Origin: an uncultured Chloroflexia bacterium
GTDB taxonomy: Bacteria; Chloroflexota; Limnocylindria; Limnocylindrales; CSP1-4
Reading direction: 5' to 3'
Assembly: GCA_963768655.1 (NCBI GenBank)
Contig: CAVYIM010000004.1
Coordinates: forward strand, 96,001 to 160,000
DNA: 64,000 bases
Both the position numbers and the translations under genes were made by a program. Shown here piece by piece: positions 59,604-64,000 of the stretch (positions are counted from its first letter, which is position 1; every line of letters starts with the position of its first letter). The notes beneath the pieces are model-generated. The model did no database searches. It saw only the letters and a program-made list of their open reading frames with translations, and was not told where the DNA came from.

Positions 59604-60509
59604 GTGGCCACGACCAGCGCTGCTGAATCGCGACCGGTACCGGTGGCCAGAGCTCCCCGCCGCCGGATGTCCATGTGGTCACGCGTCCTCGACGTCGTCC
59701 AGGCCTACGGAATCCTCCTCGGGCTTCTTGCACTACTCGTCGTGATGTTCGCGCCGTTCGCCATAATCGCGATCAATGCCGTTAAGACCCCGACGGACCT
59801 CGCTGCAAACGGGCCGTTGTCGTTGCCGCAGAATCCCACCATGGACAACATAGTCACGTTCTGGAACGCGGTGGACTTCGGCGGGGCACTGAGGAACAGC
59901 TTCGTCATCAGCTTGTTGGTGGCGATCTTCGCGACGATCCTGTCTCTGCTGAATGCCTTCGCGCTGGGAATCGGAAACGTGCGGGGCTCCGTGTGGTTGC
60001 TTGTATTCTTCATGCTGGCCAACATACTGCCCAATGAGGCCGTCGTGTATCCGCTGTACTACATGGCAAAGACGGTTGGCCTCTACAACACGCAGCTGGC
60101 TGTTGTCATCATCTTCACGGTGATTCAGAGTGCCTTTGGCACGTACTTCCTGGCGTCAGTCATGCGAGCGTTTCCACGGGAGATCCTGGATGCGGCCAGG
60201 GTCGATGGCTGCGGGAAGCTACAGCTTCTGGTCAGCGTCGTCGTGCCGATCATGCGACCGACCCTGGCGGTGCTGATGGTCTTTGCGTTCATCTGGACGT
60301 GGAATGAGTTCTACCTGCCCATGGTCTTTCTCATTTCCAACTCTCAGTACACGGTGCCGGTGGCAGTGGCCGTGACCCAGGGCCAGCACATGATGAATGA
60401 GAGTCAAGTGGCTGCGTCTGCGTTGTTGGGCGTTCTGCCTTGCGTATTGTTCTTCCTCGTGTTCCAGCGAACGCTGACGAGGGGGATCTACGCAGGGTCC
60501 TACAGGTAG
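59604..60509 (+). CDS. Carbohydrate ABC transporter permease 2
   Basis: Six TM segments, DAARVDG and FIWTWNEF. Confidence 0.92.
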   Translation: MATTSAAESRPVPVARAPRRRMSMWSRVLDVVQAYGILLGLLALLVVMFAPFAIIAINAVKTPTDLAANGPLSLPQNPTMDNIVTFWNAVDFGGALRNSFVISLLVAIFATILSLLNAFALGIGNVRGSVWLLVFFMLANILPNEAVVYPLYYMAKTVGLYNTQLAVVIIFTVIQSAFGTYFLASVMRAFPREILDAARVDGCGKLQLLVSVVVPIMRPTLAVLMVFAFIWTWNEFYLPMVFLISNSQYTVPVAVAVTQGQHMMNESQVAASALLGVLPCVLFFLVFQRTLTRGIYAGSYR

Positions 60510-60648
60510 GAAGGCAGCCCTTCGAGAACGACAAGAGCCGTGGTCGGCGAGGAGTCTTGCAGGTTCGCTCTGGCCTTGGAGGCCTACCCCTGGGTGGCGT
60601 CCGGTCCGCGGTGGACGTGGATGGCAGGTGTTCGAGAAGCGAGGATTC

Positions 60649-63048
60649 ATGAAGTTCAGGGACGGCTACTGGCTGTTGCGTGACGGCGTACGGGCGTACC
60701 ATCCGGCGGTCGTCCACCGCGTCACCGCCGCCGAAGACACGCTGACAGTCTTGGCGCCCGCAGTCGCGCCGCAGGATCGCTCCGAGATGCACGATCTCGT
60801 AGCCCTGACGATTGAGCTGTCGTCCCCCACGGTCAACGTCATCCGCGTTCGTCTGACGCACCATGCCGGCGGGCGAGCCAGTGGGCCCTACTTCCCGATC
60901 TTCCCCGGCCACGCCCCGGACGTCCGAGTTGAGGTCGACGAGTCGGTGGCGAGCCTCCAGTCGGGCCGGCTCGTCGCGCGCATCCATCGAACGGGTCCCT
61001 GGAGCCTGGACTTCGTAGCCGACGGTCGGATTCTCACCAGCAGCGACGCGACGAGCATGGCCGCGATCGAATGGCATGGCCACGACGGGCATGGCCAGGA
61101 CGGCAGGGAGGCGGGGCACTTCATGGCCGACGCTCTCTCGCTCGGCGTGGGCGAGCACGTCTACGGTCTGGGCGAGCGCTTCGGCCCGTTCGTCAAGAAC
61201 GGCCAGTCGATCGACATCTGGAACCGCGATGGCGGCACGGGCTCGGAACAAGCCTACAAGAACGTGCCGTTCTACATGACCGACGCCGGCTACGGCGTCT
61301 TCGTCAACGAGCCGGGAAAGGTCGACTTCGAGGTCGCGACGGAGCGCGTCGACCGGGTCGGCTTCAGCGTCGAGGGCCAATCGCTCGAGTACCTCGTCAT
61401 CTACGGCCCCAGCCCCAAGGAAGTGTTGGAGAGGTTCACCGGCCTAGTGGGCCGGCCGGCCCTGCCCCCGGCCTGGTCGTTCGGGCTGTGGCTGTCGACC
61501 TCGTTCACTACTGATTACGACGAGGCGACTGTGACGAGCCTGGTCGAAGGCATGGCCGAGCGGGACATTCCCCTGAGCGTCTTCCACTTCAATTCGTTCT
61601 GGATGCGCGACTTCCAGTGGGTCGACTTCAGCTGGGACGAGCGGACGTTCCCCGACCCGGCCGGCATGCTCGCCCGGCTCCATGAGCGCGGTCTGCGGAT
61701 CTGCGTCTGGATCAACCCCTACGTCGCCCAGGCTTCGCCACTCTTCGCCGAGGCGGCCGCGGCCGGTTACCTGCTCCGCCGCCCAAACGGCGACATCTGG
61801 CAGAGCGACCAGTGGCAGCCGGGCATGGGCATCGTGGACTTCACCAACCCCGACGTCCGAGCCTGGTACCGCTCGAAACTCGCCGCTCTGCTCGACCAGG
61901 GCGTCGACTGCTTCAAGACCGATTTCGGAGAGCGCATTCCGACCGACGTCGTCTGGCACGATGGTTCAGACCCGGAGCGGATGCACAACTTCTATCCGTA
62001 CCTGTACAACGAGACGGTCTTCGAGTTGCTCCGCGAGCGCCGCGGCCGCGGCGAGGCGGTTGTCTTCGCCCGCTCGGCGACGGCCTGCAGCTGGCTGTTC
62101 CCGGTCCACTGGGGCGGCGACTGCGAGAGCACATTCCTGTCCATGGCCGATACCCTGCGCGGCGGGCTGTCTCTCGGCCTGTCCGGCTTCGGCTTCTGGA
62201 GCCACGACATCGGCGGTTTCGAAGGTACGCCCCCGGCGGCTGTCTACCAGCGCTGGGCCCAGTTCGGTCTGTTGAGCTCGCACAGCCGGCTCCACGGCAG
62301 CAATTCCTACCGCGTTCCGTGGCTGGTCGACCATCAGTCCGTCGAGGTGGTAAGGGCCTTCGCACGCCTCAAATGCCGCCTCATGCCTTACCTGTATCAG
62401 GCGGCCGTGGAGACTTCGCGGGGAGGCGTGCCGATGATGCGCGCCATGTTGCTGGAGTTCCCCGACGACCCGACAGCTGCCTTTCTCGACCGCCAGTACA
62501 TGCTCGGGGAGTCGCTGCTGGTGGCGCCGATCTTTGCCGCGGACGGCCAGGTCACCTACTACGTCCCGGCAGGGCGCTGGACGAACCTCGTCAGCGGCGC
62601 CACGCTGCGGGGGCCGGGTTGGATCAAGGAGCGCCACGATTTCTCTGGCATGCCTCTCCTGGTCCGGCCCGGGTCGGTGATCGCCATGGGCGCCCGGAGC
62701 GACAGGGCCGACTATGATTTCGCGGACGGCGTGACTCTCCGCGCATACGAACTGGCGGAGGCGGTGAAGGTGACCGTCGCGGTGCCCGAGGTGCACGGCG
62801 GCGCCGACTCCGCCTTCGAAGTGACCCGGGCCGCCGGGGCCGTCCTCGCGGTGCGGGTTCGGGGGTCCAAGTCGTGGCGGTTCTTGCTGGCCAACGAGAC
62901 GTCCGTTGGGGAGGTCACGGGCGGCTCCGTCGAGAGCACGCCTGAAGGGATACTCGTCACAGCCGCCGCCGACTCGGATCGAATCGAGATCGAGCTGCCT
63001 CACGATCGGTCACAGTCGGGGGGCGGCCACTCAACTGGCGAAAGGTGA
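60649..63048 (+). CDS. yicI: GH31 alpha-xylosidase (copy 1)
   Basis: MKFRDGYW, YGLGERF, YKNVPF, WLSTSFTTDY, nucleophile KTDFGE, HWGGD, WSHDIGGF and HSRLHG. Confidence 0.93.
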   Translation: MKFRDGYWLLRDGVRAYHPAVVHRVTAAEDTLTVLAPAVAPQDRSEMHDLVALTIELSSPTVNVIRVRLTHHAGGRASGPYFPIFPGHAPDVRVEVDESVASLQSGRLVARIHRTGPWSLDFVADGRILTSSDATSMAAIEWHGHDGHGQDGREAGHFMADALSLGVGEHVYGLGERFGPFVKNGQSIDIWNRDGGTGSEQAYKNVPFYMTDAGYGVFVNEPGKVDFEVATERVDRVGFSVEGQSLEYLVIYGPSPKEVLERFTGLVGRPALPPAWSFGLWLSTSFTTDYDEATVTSLVEGMAERDIPLSVFHFNSFWMRDFQWVDFSWDERTFPDPAGMLARLHERGLRICVWINPYVAQASPLFAEAAAAGYLLRRPNGDIWQSDQWQPGMGIVDFTNPDVRAWYRSKLAALLDQGVDCFKTDFGERIPTDVVWHDGSDPERMHNFYPYLYNETVFELLRERRGRGEAVVFARSATACSWLFPVHWGGDCESTFLSMADTLRGGLSLGLSGFGFWSHDIGGFEGTPPAAVYQRWAQFGLLSSHSRLHGSNSYRVPWLVDHQSVEVVRAFARLKCRLMPYLYQAAVETSRGGVPMMRAMLLEFPDDPTAAFLDRQYMLGESLLVAPIFAADGQVTYYVPAGRWTNLVSGATLRGPGWIKERHDFSGMPLLVRPGSVIAMGARSDRADYDFADGVTLRAYELAEAVKVTVAVPEVHGGADSAFEVTRAAGAVLAVRVRGSKSWRFLLANETSVGEVTGGSVESTPEGILVTAAADSDRIEIELPHDRSQSGGGHSTGER

Positions 63049-63058
63049 GCAACCGGCC

Positions 63059-64000
63059 ATGAAGTTCTCGGATGGCTACTGGCGGATGCGCCCCGGCGTC
63101 ACGGCCTGGCACCCGGTCGAGGCGTACGACGTGTGCGAGTCGCTGGACGCGCTCACGATCTACGCGCCGACCCGCAGGATCGAGCACCGCGGCCACACCC
63201 TCGGCGGCCCCCTCGTGACCATCCGGCTGAGTTCGCCGCTGCCCGATGTCATCGGCGTCCGCCTGACGCACTTCGAGGGCGAGGTCCGGCAGAAGCCCGA
63301 ATTCCAGCTCGCGGCCGCGCCGGGGCCTGTCGTGGTATCGGCGACCGACGAGTCCGCGGAGCTCACGTCGGGCAGGCTGACGGTCCGGGTGGGCCGCGAT
63401 GGCGAGTGGGGTATCGACTTCGAAGCCGACGATCGAGTTCTGACCTCGAGTGAGCCCAAGGGCATCGGCATCGTCGAGTCAGACGGCCACCACTACATGG
63501 TCGAGCAACTCGGCCTGGGGGTCGGGGAGTGCGTATACGGGCTCGGTGAACGGTTCGGGCCGCTGGTGAAGAATGGGCAATCGATCGACGTCTGGAACAG
63601 GGACGGCGGAACGAGCAGCGAGCAGGCCTACAAGAACATACCGTTCTACCTGACCAACCGCGGCTACGGCGTGTTCGTGAACCATCCGGGCCTGGTCTCG
63701 TTCGAGGTCGGTTCGGAGGCCGTCTCCCGCGTCCAGTTCAGCGTCGACGGCCATGCGCTCGAGTACTTCGTCATCTACGGCCCGAGCCCGAAGGAGATCC
63801 TAGAGAAATACACCGCCCTCACTGGCCGGCCCGCCCTGCCGCCGGCCTGGTCGTTCGGGCTGTGGCTGAGCACGTCGTTCACCACCGCGTACGACGAGAC
63901 GACGGTGATGAGCTTCATCCGGGGCATGACCGAGCGCAATCTACCGATGAGCGTCTTCCACTTCGATTCGTTCTGGATGCGTGAGTTCAACTGGTGCGAC
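63059..64000 (+). CDS. yicI: GH31 alpha-xylosidase (copy 2), truncated by the window edge
   Basis: MKFSDGYW, YGLGERF, YKNIPF, WLSTSFTTAY and HFDSFW. The frame is open to the end of the window and is missing from the ORF track. Confidence 0.9.
   Translation, partial: MKFSDGYWRMRPGVTAWHPVEAYDVCESLDALTIYAPTRRIEHRGHTLGGPLVTIRLSSPLPDVIGVRLTHFEGEVRQKPEFQLAAAPGPVVVSATDESAELTSGRLTVRVGRDGEWGIDFEADDRVLTSSEPKGIGIVESDGHHYMVEQLGLGVGECVYGLGERFGPLVKNGQSIDVWNRDGGTSSEQAYKNIPFYLTNRGYGVFVNHPGLVSFEVGSEAVSRVQFSVDGHALEYFVIYGPSPKEILEKYTALTGRPALPPAWSFGLWLSTSFTTAYDETTVMSFIRGMTERNLPMSVFHFDSFWMREFNWCD

Overview
High-GC bacterial chromosomal window; gene content and style are consistent with a Chloroflexota-like genome (inference, not tested). 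No rRNA, tRNA, CRISPR array, transposase or integrase is recognisable. From left to right: (1) a divergent sugar-catabolism locus around a SorC-family regulator. The left arm has a ThDP E1 alpha-beta fusion, a lipoyl E2 and a frameshifted transaldolase. The right arm has a PHP-like protein, a class II aldolase/SrlD-like SDR fusion, an elongated SorE-like reductase and a polyol dehydrogenase. (2) pyrG and an EamA exporter. (3) A trimeric hydCBA [FeFe]-hydrogenase whose HydB lacks the C-terminal ferredoxin domain. (4) rho, a LysM/M23 peptidase and obgE-nadD-rsfS. (5) A four-subunit 2-oxoacid:ferredoxin oxidoreductase whose delta subunit has no canonical start codon and is missing from the ORF track. 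(6) An ECF sigma module, an IMPase and a Zn-ADH. (7) A TetR-controlled ABC-2/SDR operon with three operator palindromes. (8) An in-frame Ogt-PAS-GGDEF ORF, and copA with a CsoR-type operator. (9) Two fabF genes and fabD, interleaved with MarR/MFS genes. (10) A hybrid histidine kinase. (11) A xylose/alpha-xyloside locus: xylB, xylA, LacI, a sugar ABC transporter and two tandem GH31 yicI paralogues. The best candidates for new biology are the SorC-linked ThDP/lipoyl sugar pathway, the Ogt-diguanylate cyclase fusion and the hydrogenase with a short HydB. Several single-base anomalies could be assembly errors and need read-level checks.
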